Positions 1-14,735 are shown, counted from the stretch's first letter. The stretch is 64,000 nucleotides of DNA from Callorhinchus milii (GCF_018977255.1 NW_024704742.1:46998001-47062000); one strand, 5' to 3'. Notes: generated by a model from the sequence alone, not told the origin. Numbers and translations: made by a program.

Positions 1-91
1 GTCATCTTTCCCTCCCCATCTCCATCAGCTCCCATCCACAGTTTGGGCCCAATCTAGGGCTGTCAAGCACCTTTGGGCATCCTCCTGGCAT

Positions 92-303
92 GAATAATAA
101 TCCCTCAAAAACCAAAAACAATAATAAATTGGTCATTTTCAATCTACGACTGTTTGTGGGACATTGCTGTGCGTAATTGGTTGCCGCGTTCGCCCACAAA
201 TATACAGTCAATTCACTTTATAGTGTGTTCTGTGAAGCGCTTTGGGACGTCCTCCCAACGTGAAAAGCGCTATATCAAATGCAAGGATTATTATTATTAT
301 TAT
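92..303 (+). mobile_element. Major tRNA-SINE family, 5'-truncated copy (short form)
   Basis: Near-identical to the copies at 26923 and 56907; L2-like tail ending in (TTA)n. Confidence 0.9.
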
Positions 304-3300
304 GAATGGCACTATAGAAACGTCAATTTCTACTGTAATGTACTGAAGCTGCAAGCACTACTTTATTCTGCCACATTCGCAGTAAGAAATTCTTGTAAAG
401 GCTGCTCAGCTTACACCAAAAGAAAGGCAGTTTTCCATTCTGCTCACTACTGAACCATTTATTTTATTCAACTTGAGTCTCATACATGTGCTAAGGGCTG
501 ATGTCACCAAATTTCAAATGTGGACGTCCCACTCTGGGTAGGGGGTAGCATAACACCAGGGTGCACAAGGAACTTACTGCAATGAGGCCTGTTGTGGCAC
601 AAAATTTGACCTCAGTGATTGTTGAGATACAGAAAGGCTTGGATTAGTTGTACAAATTACTAACAGTGAGTCACAGATCCCCCATAGCTTAATCCATGCT
701 TCAGCAATTCCTGGTTAAGCAAGTGATGTTTAACTCTGCATTTAATACGCTGTACATAAGAGGCTAAATGCTAGGCAATGATGGCAAAGTTCCAAAGGAA
801 GGCATAGCAGCATGTGATGCCTTCTGTGTGTTTTCTGTAATTCTTAGCGGATTTTGAGGTGAGGCTGCAGATAGATGCTCTTACATTTCTGTTGCAAACA
901 TGGAAGTCTGGATTATTACTCTGATCATAATCTCATAAAGGACTCAAAGTTTAGCTCTAATATTTTGATTATGGGACAGAGTAAGCCATCTTCATCCTGC
1001 TCAGTGGTTTGCATGCTTTGGACTGTACTGGGTTTTATTTTAGTAGCAAATTGCTAGACACTTTGTGGTGCATACAGATTTTGTAGGACATTGAGATCAA
1101 CCTTTTTCATCCATCTCACTTGTTACCCTGTGTGTAGCTGAAATGTGACCATAAACTCCATATCATTTTCACCAGATGTAGTGTGACATTTGAGGCATGA
1201 AGCAACAGCATGTTGAGTGATATTGCATTGCCTTGAGATATCCTCCCCAAAATAAATTTACATAAATGTAAATCTGAATTGCATTACGTATCGATATACA
1301 AAGCTATACACCTAAAACATAAGGACGTATGCCTTTTTGGAAACAGAAAAAGGTTATTAGACCCCATAAAGCCAATCCCTTTTCAAAGATCAATCATAGA
1401 ACTTTCAGCACGGAAGACTATTTGGCTTATTGAGTCTATGTCATTGAAGCTATTAGCAAAAATCCTAATTTTCTGCTCTTTCCAAATATCTTTATATATA
1501 GTACCTCTTCAGACACTTATTCAAGTCTCTTTTAAATATTGTTATTGTTATTTACCTTAACACCATAAGCCCTCAATTTCTTCTGTCTCCAGAGACACAT
1601 CTAATCCCCTCTTGAACCTAGTTATACTGTCACTTCAATCCCCTGCTCTGATATCTTATTCTACAATCTAATAATACCTACAATTGAAAATGTTGCTCTT
1701 GATACCCCTTTCTTATTCCTAATTTTCAACCTTTCTGCCCTATATTTGAAACCTTCACCATATAGAACAATTTGCATTGGTCAATTCCTTTCAGAATCTT
1801 GAAAAATGTAATTATATTTCTTTAAATATTTCTCTGTCCCAAAGGAAATCAACCCAATACGCTTTCCCTGTCCTAATAATGTAAATTCACAATACCCAGA
1901 ATCAGTTCCACGTCTTGTGAATCCTGCATTTCTAACCCCAATCAGAAGCTTGCAAAGTGCTTCACTCCAGTGAGAGAGTGTGCATCACTTCCAGATATAG
2001 GAAATTTCCATGTGTAGGTAACATACATATCTTGAACTTAAGCATGGTGATGCATTCCTGCATGTGCCAGATACCTGGCCAACCAAATAAAAATGATTTG
2101 CACAGTATCTCTTTGTTCATGTAACCATGTGCCTCAAGGCCTCTGTTACCGCGATCAAACATTGGTTTTAGCAGTTTCATTAGAAAACTACGAGATATGT
2201 ACCGATTTGTCCATTTAATATATATGCCCCCTTTCTTCGCTACAAATTATTTTAAACTATTGACATTGAACAAAATCTTACAAAATTACAAAATTCAAAA
2301 GTTGAGTCGCTGCTTCGTTGAAAGTTCAGTGACAGAATCCACTTTGTGCTAAATACACGACAGTCCCTTGGTTGGATCTTGTGATCAGTGATCTGTTAGC
2401 TTATCTCAGCTGGGCAGAGGAGAGCATTACAATTGATCTCAGTGTCCCTGAGGTGAAATATAAGATAAGATATTGATGGCGCTTGTGGTATCATATACTA
2501 GCATGAGACACCTTTGTGAGAGAAGGTGAGAAAATGGGAAGAAAATTAAGACAGTAAAAATTCTGTACATTTCAGTGTGCTGGCTAGAACTTGAAAATAT
2601 TTATGTGCACCACACTGCAACACAGGACATTTGTTACATAACCTATTATTAAATAACCTGTGACAACTGAATCACCAATTGAACAGTAGATTGCCTGGGG
2701 CATATATTGAGTACACAAGAGAGTGTTGTTATACATTGTCATTGTGTGAACAGTAATAGTGTTGTGTATTTTGGCTACAATAAACATGAGAGAAGCAGTC
2801 CAGAGCTGTTTCACTTGGAATAAGAAAATATAAAATTGTTTTGTACTTCAGATTAAAACATCACCTATTATTAGTAAATACAAACACTATTTTATCTAAA
2901 TATAAGGGGACGAATGTGACATTTCATTATGTAAAATCTATTATGAAACATTGCATTGATCACTCCAATTTTGGCAAAAATCAGTGCAGGTGATTGGGGA
3001 ACCATGAATTGGATACTTGGCACCCCCTAAAAAAGGTGCATTTAATTATAAATGTAAAATAAGGGGACTTGGATGGCTCAGTGCATGCAAATAATATTTA
3101 TTCACTTCTGGGACATGGGAGTTTATTGTTTACTATTTAGTTAAATTGGTAATTTTTTCATTCTGCCATTATAAGATGAATGAAATGTTTACTAATGGTA
3201 GCTAGTGCTGTGGGTTATAGCCCGTGTTTGTTTTAATATAATCCAAACTGCTGAGATGAATGCTTCCTTTCTGCTGGACTACATTAACTGACTATGGACA

Positions 3301-3529
3301 CTCCTAAATGTGTTTTCTGGCCAAAGCACAAAACAGTCATCATTTGTCACAAATTATTGGATACCCTTAAGAAAATAAGAATGAATTAACTAGGACCAAT
3401 GAAAGGGGATCGGGAAGTAAAAAGCAGGAAGCGGGGAGAACTGACTGAAGGATTTTTGGTTGGATTGTTTTATTTGTAACTTGTGAAGTGAAAATAAAAT
3501 AGTTTTGAGGTGACGGAAAAAATAGAGAG

Positions 3530-6500
3530 AGAAAGGGGTCTTATATCAGGCTAGGCCTGAGAGGAGTACGGAGAAAAGACGGGCAAAAGCCTGTTTAGGG
3601 AAAGCCAGATTACATTTTTTGTCTCGTCATGGGGAAGACACATAGGAGTGGAAAGGTGAAGGAGAGAAAGGATGGGGAGTAGTGTGGAAGAAGGGAAAAT
3701 AGAGGATAAGGTATATTAAAGCACCAGCGGATATAGAACAAGAAGTAGGAGTGAAAATGGCAGGGAAGCTGAAAGCAGAGAGAGGGGAATAAGTAATAGT
3801 AGCAGTTAGGGGAGACATGGTGGTAGAAAAAAGTGAAGTGAAAGCAGTGGGAGGGAGGAGGAAGAGGAGAAAGGAGAAAAAAGTAGGACTGAGAAAGTGG
3901 CGAGGAAAAGAGCAGAGGACATTAGCAAATATTGGAGGAGAAAAATGAGAAAGCTGATGTGAAGCAAAGTGGGGAAATAGCAGAGAAGGATAGATTGGGG
4001 AGTGGAAATAAGATGGCTGGAGCTGAGATGGAAGGGGAGCCAAAAGTGGATGATGGCGAAGACACAACGGGAAACCATGAGGATGTGGCGATAGGGCCCA
4101 AAGATAAGGCGGGAAACTGTGAGGTAGCAAAGGTAGGGCCAAAAGACACGGCGCCTGAGGTCCCCTCCACAACCCCATATCATCGGCATCTGCGGTCAGG
4201 AGATAAACAAGTCCAGGAAAGATAGAAAAGAGGAAGACTGATATATAAAGGACACATCCTTTTCAAGGTACAGGACGACGTCCCATGTATTATGAACAGA
4301 ATGGACTTCATAAAGAAGGTTTTGATGGGATGCTACAGCACAACAAAGGAAAGCCTAAAGTGCATCTACTCAGATAAAGAAAAGAGATACGAGGTGATGT
4401 GCATCTCATGTGAGGAAGCGATGAAATTGAAGGAGATTGCCCTCCAGAATCAAGGGGAGGAGATCCTGACCCCATATGAGATTAGGGCCCTTTTTCAAGA
4501 GAGGTTAAGACAGGAGAGGAAAGCCCTTCTAAGAATGAGTGACCCCCCCCATACTCCAGACTACATGAAAAAGTGGGGGAGTTTTCTGCCAGCTCCCCCA
4601 ACATCATCGAAACTAAAAAGAGGCAGGGAACTGGAGATCCAGAGACTACAGGAAAACTGGAAACATCAGGAAAGCATAGACTTTTGGTTAAGGGTCCTGC
4701 CAGCTCCCCAGAGACACTGGGAATAGAACCGAGCAGGAAACGGGAACAAGGAGAAGGGAACAAGGAAAAGGTGATAAGCTAGGGTAAGATGTCACTGAGG
4801 ATAGGTACCCTGAATGTGCGCAGCATGTACAACAAAACTGTGTTGTGTTGCGACACTCCAGTACCTGTCCAGGGTAAAGGCCAATGTTCTGTTCCTGCAG
4901 GAGTGCCGAATCCCTCACTCTGACAGCTACAGAGCCTGGTCCAAGTGGTGGGATTCCCACGGACCCTCTGGGTGGTCCAGGGGTAATGCCAACTGCAGCT
5001 CTGGAGTGGCAGTCCTACTGCGGGGGAAGAACCTCACTATCACTGACCATAAGGAGGTGGTGGGGGTGAGCCTTCTCGTGGTGGATGTATTGTATAACGG
5101 AACTCCGCATAGACCAGAGTCCGCTCAGTAAAACAGGATGAGAAGTGTTCGAGTTTCTTCTTGCTCAGGGATCCATCACCTACGTGCAGGACAGGGGGGT
5201 GGGAACTTGCCTAATCAGTCTGGATCAGGATAAAGCCTTTGACAGAGTATCTCATGACTACATGTTTGAGGTCCTTGCCAAAATGGGTTTTGGGGAGGGA
5301 ATTCTAAATTGGGTCTGGCTGCTCTACAGACTGTAGTGCAATCATAATAAATGAACATGAAACATAGACTCTTCCCATCAGATCAGGAGTCAAGCAGGAG
5401 TGTCTCCTGTTAGAAAATATAAGTTTTTACATGTAATCAATTAAGTATATAGAGGAACTTTTAAGAACTTTAATTGTATCATTTAGATAAAATAATGGCA
5501 GGTTTGTATGCAGCCTTTATTTAAGTTGACCATGAGGGATGACCCTATTTGGAGGGTTTGCTGTAAATAATATGTTAACAGGCCATCCTGAACTGACTCT
5601 GTCTGGTTTGGGTGAAGGACGAAAAGACAGATAACGGTTTGTTTGTGCAGAACAACTCCAAATAAGGATCAGGCTCACTTAAACTGGTATGAACCAGTTG
5701 TGGAAAACCTTGGGCAGACGAACGGAGTGCAGAAATGAGTAAGCATGTTCTGAAGACAGCTGTAACGCATGATTAGGAAACCAACACACTATAATTAGGA
5801 TTGCTTATGCTGAAAAAGAGCAGCAGATTCAGCACGGAACCAGGCACCTAGAGACGGGGAGTCAAAGCACCCTGACTGGTCTAGAATTGGGTAGTATATG
5901 TTTTATGTATTTTCTCTATTCTGTACTGAATGCTTTGAATAAACTAAGCTAGCCATGACTTTAATATTGTCTAATCATTCGACACGAATAACAGGATCTG
6001 AAATCCTAACACCCCTTTCCCCAAGCTGGTTTGTCTGCTGCATAGAATGTTTTGCACAGACCATCAGGAGGGAGGAGAACATCAGAGGTGTCACCATCCC
6101 AGGTAGCCATGGCTCACAAGCCAAGGTTTCCTTGTATATGGATGATGTCACAGTCTTTTGCTCTAACCGACAATCAATCGAGAGCCTCTGGGCATCTGCG
6201 ACCATTTTGAATGGCTTCGGGTGCCAAGGTCAATCGATAGAAAAGTGAGGTGATGTACTTCGGCAACTGGCAAGAACACAAATGTATACCATTTGCAAGC
6301 AGGCCGGATTGCATCAAAATCCAGGCATCTGGTTCGGGGCTATCAGGGCGTGCAAGATAAACTGGGACGAGCGGATAATGCGAGTGAAGAAGAAATAGGG
6401 AGATGGCAACAGCGTTCACTGTCAATCACTGAGAAAAACCTGGTGATCCAGTGGGAGGTGATCTCTGGCTTGTTGTATGTGGCGCAAGTCTGGCCTTTGA

Positions 6501-7890
6501 CCAAAAACAGTGGCTGTGCAGTCACCAGAGCCATTTTCCATTTTATCTGGCGATCTGGGATGGATCGTTTCTGCAGAGACACAACGCACAAGACTCCAGA
6601 TAAGGGAGGTAAGATGTAGCCTGGATTCTCATGGCCACTTTCATGTGCAGCTGCCTGAGAATAGGCCTGGAACCCCGCTGTGTGGGCTCTGTTTATCGAT
6701 ACATGCTATCTCTACCCAGTGTTAAGGAGGGGGCTGGCGGACTCACCGCAGAATGCTCCTTTCAGTTGGAGTGTCCCGAGGTACTTAGCTGAAATAGAAA
6801 AATTCCTGTCCAGGAACACTGTGGACCCCCGTGGGATTACCAAGTGGTCAGCCACGGCAGGTGATAAGCATTCTCCAACAGGGAACTGATAGTCAGATAC
6901 CCTTCGGTGACTGTCAGTCAGATCTGGGTGAACGTCTCGTCACCGGCCCTGTTCGACAAATGGGCATACGCCAAGGAGGTGTGAAATAAGACACAGGGCT
7001 ACTCTCACGTTTTGTGCCGGGAGTTCTGCTGTCTCGGCACCCTGTGCTGTACAGCCTCTTCACAAGGACGCACGGAGAGACCAACATGGAATGTGCTTGG
7101 AGGGTCATCAACTCGGTGAAAGAAGCCCTTTGGGATTGCCGAAATCAGATGGTCTTCAGGCATGGAGATGGGTGGGTAAAGATCTGCTGCAGACTAGTGT
7201 AAGCGTCATGAGGGACGTACTAAAGCTGGTTCTTCCGAGGCTAAGTTTAGAGGGGCCTGAACCCAGCCAGAGCAACTCCATTGATGGGTGTGTACCAGTC
7301 AGTGCCACCTCCCCGCATGCAGGGTACCTATGCTTAGGGAGGGACGTTCGACCTATAACCAGAGAGTGTCCCAAGATGTGATGTGCGCAGGCGGGTTGAT
7401 AAAAGTCTCTCCCCATAAAGGGGGAGCAGCAGAGTAGGAATTTTGGCTTGCCATCTGGTAAGTGAAGGAAGGCAGTGCTGGGACTAGCCCAAAATGTAAC
7501 TGCTTCCTGTAAATAAAGGCAGCAGAATAGAGGAGTGAGGAGGCCTGGTCCCTCCGCTCAAGAAGAGTGGGAGACACTCGTGGACGACACAAGATAACGG
7601 GCACTAGATTGACAATATTGGATTTGAAGTGGATGCGTGTTTTTCCTTCTGTTACGGGTGTGTTTTTTGTTCCACGAGGCAAGTGGAATGTATCGTTTAT
7701 AAAATTGGTTGGGGAACAAAAGGACGGGGCCGTTTGCAATTTGTCACGGTTTTGAAATGTGTATTTTTTTGCGCATGTTTTCTTTGTTCTGTCACAGGTG
7801 TGTATTAATATTATGAGGAAAGTGTAATATTTTTTATATATACCAAATAGATATATATTTGTTTAAAAAAAAGTGAGCTGAGAATAAAAT
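3530..7890 (+). mobile_element. Decayed Tx1-clade (L1 group) non-LTR retrotransposon
   Basis: ORF1 remnants (charged region, then MNRMDFIKKVLMG). ORF2 starts at 4789 with AP-endonuclease motifs (MSLRIGTLNVRS, VLFLQEC, SSGVAVLL). RT motifs LISLDQDKAFDRVSHDY, SGVKQ..CPLSP and LYMDDVTVF follow, then a C-terminal AWRVINSVKEALWDCRN. Many frameshifts; ends approximate. Confidence 0.9.
5408..6011 (+). mobile_element. Solo LTR (604 bp) inserted in the Tx1 RT domain
   Basis: Inverted termini TGTTAG...CTAACA, a 4-bp TSD ctcc/cccc and AATAAA near 5938. Removing it restores TGT CCC CTT TCC CCA (CPLSP) in the RT frame. Confidence 0.88.
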
Positions 7891-9819
7891 AGATTTCTAC
7901 AGATAAGAGTGTTGAGAATATAACACAAACTAGCCTTCGTCCCAAGAGATGTGGTGTGGGGGGAAGGATACGACACAGCACACATTTCGGGGTGCACTTC
8001 TGAATTTGGTTCGGAGGCATGTTGAATTTGCACAGGTTCAAATGAATTGGCTGCTCATCTCATTGTTAATCTCACTGTTAATGAAACCCTGCTGGAACAG
8101 ATTAACTGCTGCATTTGCCGATATTAATACATCACTTCATTTCTAATTATGTATGGTAAGGTGCTCCTAGACATTTAATTTTACGCAAAAGGCAGTATTT
8201 AAATGCAAGTTATTATTTTTATTATTGCTGGTCACAATCGAACAGCGGATTGCCCATCCCTCAAGTTTTGGAAGAGTCCCTTCTCTAAGCTAATTTAGCT
8301 CCCTCCCCACCCCCTCAACCTATCAGTATCTCTAGAACTAAATTAACATATAAGGGGAAAGAGCTGGGGAGTGGGACTAGCTGGACAGCTCTTTCAAAAA
8401 GCCGGCACAGGCATGATGGGCCGAATGGCCTCCTTCATGTGCTGTAGGATTCTATGCTGCTATGTATAACCATATAATCAAGATATGCTTGGCAACAAAT
8501 AGGGGGAACTGCTCCCTCTTGACAATGGACCTGTAAATGATGTAAAAAAATTGAAAAAATATGTTCACCCTCCCCTCAAGAGCTCATGGAAGAGTTACTC
8601 TTCCTTCTCCCCCACCCCCCTTTTGTGGGCATCAGTGCAATAGAAATGTTTTATTCTGCCCCTGGCTTTACTGTGCCTGATATGGAGGTGCTTGATGCTG
8701 TCAGTGGGGTGAAATGAAAAGTATTCCAGTAATAGAAATAAAAATAAAACTGAAACCAAAACAGAAATACTGGAATGCAAAGTGTTCTGTTCCCTGATAC
8801 TGACATCCTTTATCAGCACAAAACTTCAGTAAAAAATGTAAAATTACAAACATGGTTCTTAACATAATATCATAGATGTCAGTAAGAAGCAGAGGAACAT
8901 GCAGTGGCTGTGCTTAGCTTTTTTCATGTGCTTTACAGAAACACAGCTAGTATTTTGATCAAATATTCTTGCAACCCCAAAGCCAGAGTGATACTGGATG
9001 CTTCATTGACACATTTTAATAAGATATCCAGAATGTTTATTTCACTGGTGGCAGCTAAGTTTAATGTATCATATTAGAGATAACAGTGTTATTGTAAAAT
9101 CATGCTGTACATTACATTTATCTGTTTCATAAGTTTCTAATTGTTGTACTCACTGGTATTGGCATCTTCCGTGCTTGCTATCTCCAGTTCAGAATCCAGC
9201 ATGGAAAGGATGCACCATAGATTCTTGCACTGATGATGTCAGCTAAGTGATTCCCTACTCAGTTTGTGGACTCAAACGGTTGTGTTTTGTGCTCATAAAA
9301 TAACACTAAACTCTAAGTATCTCATAAGGCAGGGATTTTTTCTATCTTGAAACAGTCACTGGATCTAGGGAAATTCCATTCACCCTGTGCCAAGCATTTT
9401 GAAGGTTTTACCTCCCACGCTAATTGTCAAACACAGGAATAAATGCAAAGTGAGGGTTACTTAAATGTAAGAAATATAATAACAACAACTGCAATTTACA
9501 TTTATATAAGGCCTTCCACAATGGGAGCAGCTCTCAAAGAGCATCATACAACTCTGGAACTCAGGATGAAGTTCCAGAGAGCTTGATTCCACAGTAACCT
9601 GATTATTGTAATATTAACCCTGGAGAACCAAAATAAACACAAAAAAATTAACATGCTTCAAAAGTATTACGTCAGCTTATGCTGTCTTTTCTTTTTTCTT
9701 TTCTTTCACATTCTCCCTGCTTTAATTTTATTACTTTAACCTTGCTTTTATTACTTTCTTTCAGTGCAACCTACATAGATTTCCCAAGTGTTAAGAGGAA
9801 TGAGACATGAGCAATGATT

Positions 9820-10205
9820 AGACAAGCGAGAACTCTTTAGCCTTGAGAGAAGATGACTCAGAAGGGATTTTATGGAGGTGTATAACATTTTAAATGGGGA
9901 TTAAAAAACTAAACCCAGCCAACGCTTTGGAGTGCACTAAGACAATAGAAAAGGGAAGGGACATACATTTAAACATTTAAAGTTGCAAATGGCAATTTCA
10001 AGATGGATACCAGGATATTTTTCTTTACCCAGAGAGTAGTTAATGGCTGGAACAGGTTCCCATTAAGGGTGGTTGTGGCCAGGACACTGAATACATTCGA
10101 AAAGCAGTTTAATGCTGTAATAGGAGTACAGTAGGGCAGGTATTCTGGAGGAATGAAGTCAGATGAGGCGAACGGCCTTCTTCATTCAAACCAGTCTTAT
10201 GATCT
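9820..10205 (+). mobile_element. Old CR1 3' fragment
   Basis: Remnants resembling LFSLE-R-LR.D..EVY and FFTQRVVNGWN. Confidence 0.7.
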
Positions 10206-11649
10206 TGTGAGATTTAAGATTAGTGCTGACGGTTATTGCCCTGTTAGTCTGACTCCTGCGTTCTCATCAGAAATCATGGGGTGTCTATATATTTGAAAGT
10301 TATTATAAATTATGTAGACAGCAGCCACAAAGAAATGCTACCTAATGAACCTCCAAGTGGAAATGAATACTATTTGTCTTGACTGCCAATGTTCACGCCT
10401 CTCTCCAAACACTTCTGGCCTATGTTGGAAGAATGCATGATTTTATGTCTCTGAAATTCTTTTAAGATGAATGTCTAACATCCCCATATCTCTTGAATTT
10501 ATTCTTATTGCAATGAATAGTGTGTTATCTTGTGCTGTTCACTGGAGTTCAGGAACACACAATGCTGCTTTCGTAGGAACTGGTTAGTCATTTCATCAGT
10601 GACAAAATGTTCTGGTTAATTTCAGTGCTGATACTTTAACTAAGCAGATAATCATCTCCTGAATGTACAATTTGTGACAAAGGGTCAGTGTACACCTGAA
10701 TTAGCAATCACAGAAGCTCTGTGGTACAATCCTGAAGCATCATTTGAGACAGCTGAATTAAATCCGCAAAAAAGTCTCATAATCGAAATAATAAATGAAA
10801 TATTATCACTTGTGCTCTACAATTGTTAATTTACATTTCTCCAATAAATGAGAGATTTTAATCACTTTGCGACTTTTTGTGTTTTTTTATTTCAATCCTT
10901 CAGTTTTCAATTTCTGTGCTACGATTATTCCTAAGAAGACAAATTCATTTTCATTACCATAGTAATGACTTGCACGTTGTGGCCACCTGACTTCCCATCA
11001 TGGACACGCATATACTAATGGGTCACATTCCCCAATGCCAAAAAGTGAAGTTACTGAAAAAAAATTATATTTGATACTTTTCTAAACCTACTGCAAATCA
11101 CAAAGTATTGGGCTTTTCAATCTCCCCAGGAAAAAAAAGGTTGCCAATCAATTTTTCAGACAAAAAAATTCTTATATTACTAGGAAGTGACTTATCTATA
11201 TTATTAAGGCACATTTTTCCTATTTGGATCAGGTAGAAAGTTAGGAGGAAGAGAGATAGATTAAAGCAGAGCTTAGGATCAAAACTTCTCAGTTTGAAAT
11301 TGCATTCTGAATTGTACTTGGGTTTCTCCCACTATGATATGCTGCAGGTTCCGAATGTTATCTCCAGTGTTTTCTGAAAACATAGCATAAACCACACAAA
11401 ATAATACTTAGGATTTGACACTAACCTTTAAGCCACTGTGTTCAGTTTCCTTAGTAATGATTCTGTTAGACATCAATCACTGCATATTAGACTCTGAGTA
11501 CAAACACAGGAAATATCACATACATTGTTATTAAAATCAGAAAATACTTAACTGAGACTTAGAACAAGACTCTCAACATGGATTGATCAAAGTACTTCAC
11601 AAAGACAGTATTAATCATTGTATTTCATATTGTGCCTATAATGTCATAA

Positions 11650-11940
11650 CATTGAAAAGCACTTCACAGATAATTGTTAAGTTCAGTGATTGAATATTTG
11701 TAGGCAAATACGGCAGCCAATTTCTGCAACGCAAGATTCAATAAATTGGAATATTATTGGCCAGAATGTTAGGCGAAACTCTCTTCCCTTTTTGAAAAGT
11801 GACATGGAGTCTTTAACACTCACTTGAACAGGCAGACAAGATCTAGTTTAATGTCTTATCTGAAGGATGACATCTCAAACAAGTCAGCACACACCCAGCA
11901 CTTCACTGGAATTTCAGCCTAGACAATTATCTCTAGTCCC
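11650..11940 (-). mobile_element. Older Deu-domain SINE fragment
   Basis: Similar to the copies at 17975-18540 and 50060-50380. Confidence 0.65.
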
Positions 11941-12629
11941 ACTAGAGTATATTGGGGTTATCAATCAAACTATCAAGAGTACTCATTAGATGTCTTGCTA
12001 GCTCCATTTTAATCCTTAGCAACCCAGAACGTTCTGACAGACAGGAAGAAATGCTAAAACTCAGCCAAGCTGAGACCATACTTTGAATGGCCATGTTAAT
12101 TTATTTCAAACTAAGCTACTAATGCTCATGGCAAAAGTTTAATACTTTAGATGCTGCCAGCATTCTGAATTAATGCAAATTGTTCTGTTAATAGTCAGCA
12201 TCATTCAGGCTTGAACAAGTTAATGCTGTAAGGCATTCCTACCTCAAGGTGATTCTCCCATGTATCTAATTATAATTCAAGTGATGTTATTGGAGAGCAC
12301 TGATGTCTATCAATTACAAATGTCAAACCATTAGAAATATCAGAGATTAAACTGACAACAACTTTGCTTCTTATCACTTTTCTATTAAAGTTGAATTAAC
12401 AGAGAAATTATTTTTTCCTTAAATCTAATGGAAAATCATCATTTAAAAGATCCTCTAAGATTAGGATCCTATTGAATCAAATTTGTGAGTTTCAGAATGT
12501 TTTCCTGGTAGAAACACATTGCAAAGTACCATAAACGTTATCTCTATATATGAATGATACACTGACATTAGGACTTTGTCACATGAATTATGCATCAGCA
12601 TAACTTCTCTGGTAAGATGCAAAAATTGA

Positions 12630-12913
12630 TATTGCTGGTCCCGTTCTTCAGCTGGGACATTAAACTGAGGTCTGCCTGTTCAGATGTTAAAGATCCCAAG
12701 GTACTAATCGAAAAGAGAATGGAGTTTCTCCTGGCTTGGACAACAATTTCCACAGATAAAATTTATCATTCACCTCATGGCTGTTTGTGGGACATTGCAG
12801 TGTGCAAATTGGCTGCTGCATTGCCCTAGAAAAATACAATCACTAAACTTTCATTGTGTTCTGTGAAGATATCCTCTGAAAGACACTATGTCAAATGCAA
12901 GGATTATTATTAT
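12630..12913 (+). mobile_element. Deu-domain SINE fragment
   Basis: TTAAAGATCCCAAGGTACT core plus family tail. Confidence 0.75.
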
Positions 12914-13816
12914 ACGTGGAACACTCAATCTGCTTTGGATACTCTTAAGCATGGTGATGGGTTTCCTTGTGCATCAAATTAACAATTTTTTTTTATGAAT
13001 TATTGATTTGAATTTTATGTCCACAGCACAAATACAAGGCATATGATGAATTGCTGTTTGTTACTTAATTTGACAACGCAATTGATTTAGCAGGTTTGCT
13101 TCCATGTTCATGATGGGCTGGGATACAAGTACATTTTTGGCATTTTATCTACAGTGAGCTTAGTTTTTGCTTGGCCAATAAACAGTCAATTGAGGCTGAA
13201 AGTACGCTGTCTTTCTCAGACACCTATTTTGACTTGAGTCAGTTTGTTCTTGCATTAGTTTGCTTTTAAAGCAATGACAAATTGCCTACATGGCCTCTTA
13301 AGCACTGTATGACTAAGAAATATCTTAAAGTCTGGAGACTCCAGTTACATTCCTAAAACTTCTTAAGTGATTTGTGCAGAATCAGGGGAATATTTAGTCC
13401 GATAAAATAAAGATAAATTAATAGGCTTTGCATCAGAGAGCATTACCACTAGGCATATAAATTAAGAAAAAATATTGTTGGTGCAAAGCCCCAAGTAACT
13501 TGAAATCAACATATTGAGTAATAACTTCTCTCCGAGGAGGCACTATCCTCCGAGGCTCAAAGTGATTGATGATTTTGCATCTTGTTATTCATCTTCGCAA
13601 TAGGTTTAATTATGAGATGAAACACACAAATTGTGTCTTTTATGTTCAGTCCAGTCAGTTTGATTTTCACAATCGCTTCTCTGTAGAAGGAATACATTAA
13701 TCTAGAATTTACCACAAGCCATTATTCTGCAATTTACCACAAGTTATTAATCCATCATTTGATACCAGCGATTTTAGATGTGCTTCAGTCTTTGGTGTAA
13801 GTGTGCCAAATGTTTT

Positions 13817-13995
13817 CCTACAACAACAACAACAAGATTACATTTGTATAGCCTTTCATGTCGGGAAGACATCCCAAGGCGCTGGACAGAGTATAGCATT
13901 TCAGACCCGAGCTGGGGTCGGGAGGGGAAGGAACGGGAGGGGAAGTGGGGTGGCCGATAGCGTGGTCGAAGAGGAGGATCTTGAGGAGGGACTTT
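13817..13995 (-). mobile_element. L2 3' tail
   Basis: Starts with (CAA)n; reverse complement of the L2 tail. Confidence 0.75.
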
Positions 13996-14434
13996 TAGGT
14001 TTTAGGTTTTCCTAATAGTTTAATCTGTGAGACAGTTTGGTTAATACAAGTCCTGGATCTCAGCCCCAAAGGTGAATGATTAGCTTCCTGAAACAGTTAC
14101 TCTTAAATTCCCCAAATCCAGGACAGTCATAAAAAATAAAAAAGATTCTATTTTCTGCAGTAATTCAAAAGTTCTAAATAACCCATTAACTACAGTATAT
14201 TTTTATAACAAGTCATCAGTAAATTTGGTTAAACTCAATAAATTTGGTGAAAGTGTTTTTCACAGAAAATAAGTTTTCACTACCTAAAGCATTTTTGTAA
14301 AATTATGTTTTTAACAGAATCTATATGCCACTTCGGATGATTGTTGACTGAATAATTTTTTTTCCTGCTTTTAATCATATTTACTAATATCCTAAACATT
14401 TTCTGTTTTTCTAGGACGTGAAATCTTTGACACA

Positions 14435-14735
14435 TGTCCCTGGCTTGGCTCAGTTGGTAGCCTTCTTGCCTCTGAATTGTAAGGTTGTGATTTCAAGCCC
14501 TACATTGGAATTTGAGTTCACAATCTCGGCTTATGTTCCACTGTAGTGCTGGGGGGAGTGTTGCATTATCATACGTGCCTGCCAAATGGAGGGAGTGGGC
14601 TGGTTGGTAAGGTTTTAGAAAGTCTCTGAGGTGGGGTGGATCTGTGGAGGGCTTTAAAATTCCTTTGAATTGTTTTATGACATCTTGACAATGTGATAAA
14701 GCGCTGCACAAATTCAAGGATTATTTGATTATATT
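14435..14735 (+). mobile_element. Older tRNA-SINE head plus tail remnant
   Basis: GGCTCAGTTGGTAG A box; same head as at 57615. Confidence 0.6.

Noticed and set aside
3627..4189. Minus-strand hydrophobic ORFs
   Set aside because: Antisense shadow of the purine-rich Tx1 ORF1.
9149..9245. Possible minus-strand exon with a GTGAGT donor
   Set aside because: Stops occur in all frames from the acceptor and there is no recognisable homology.
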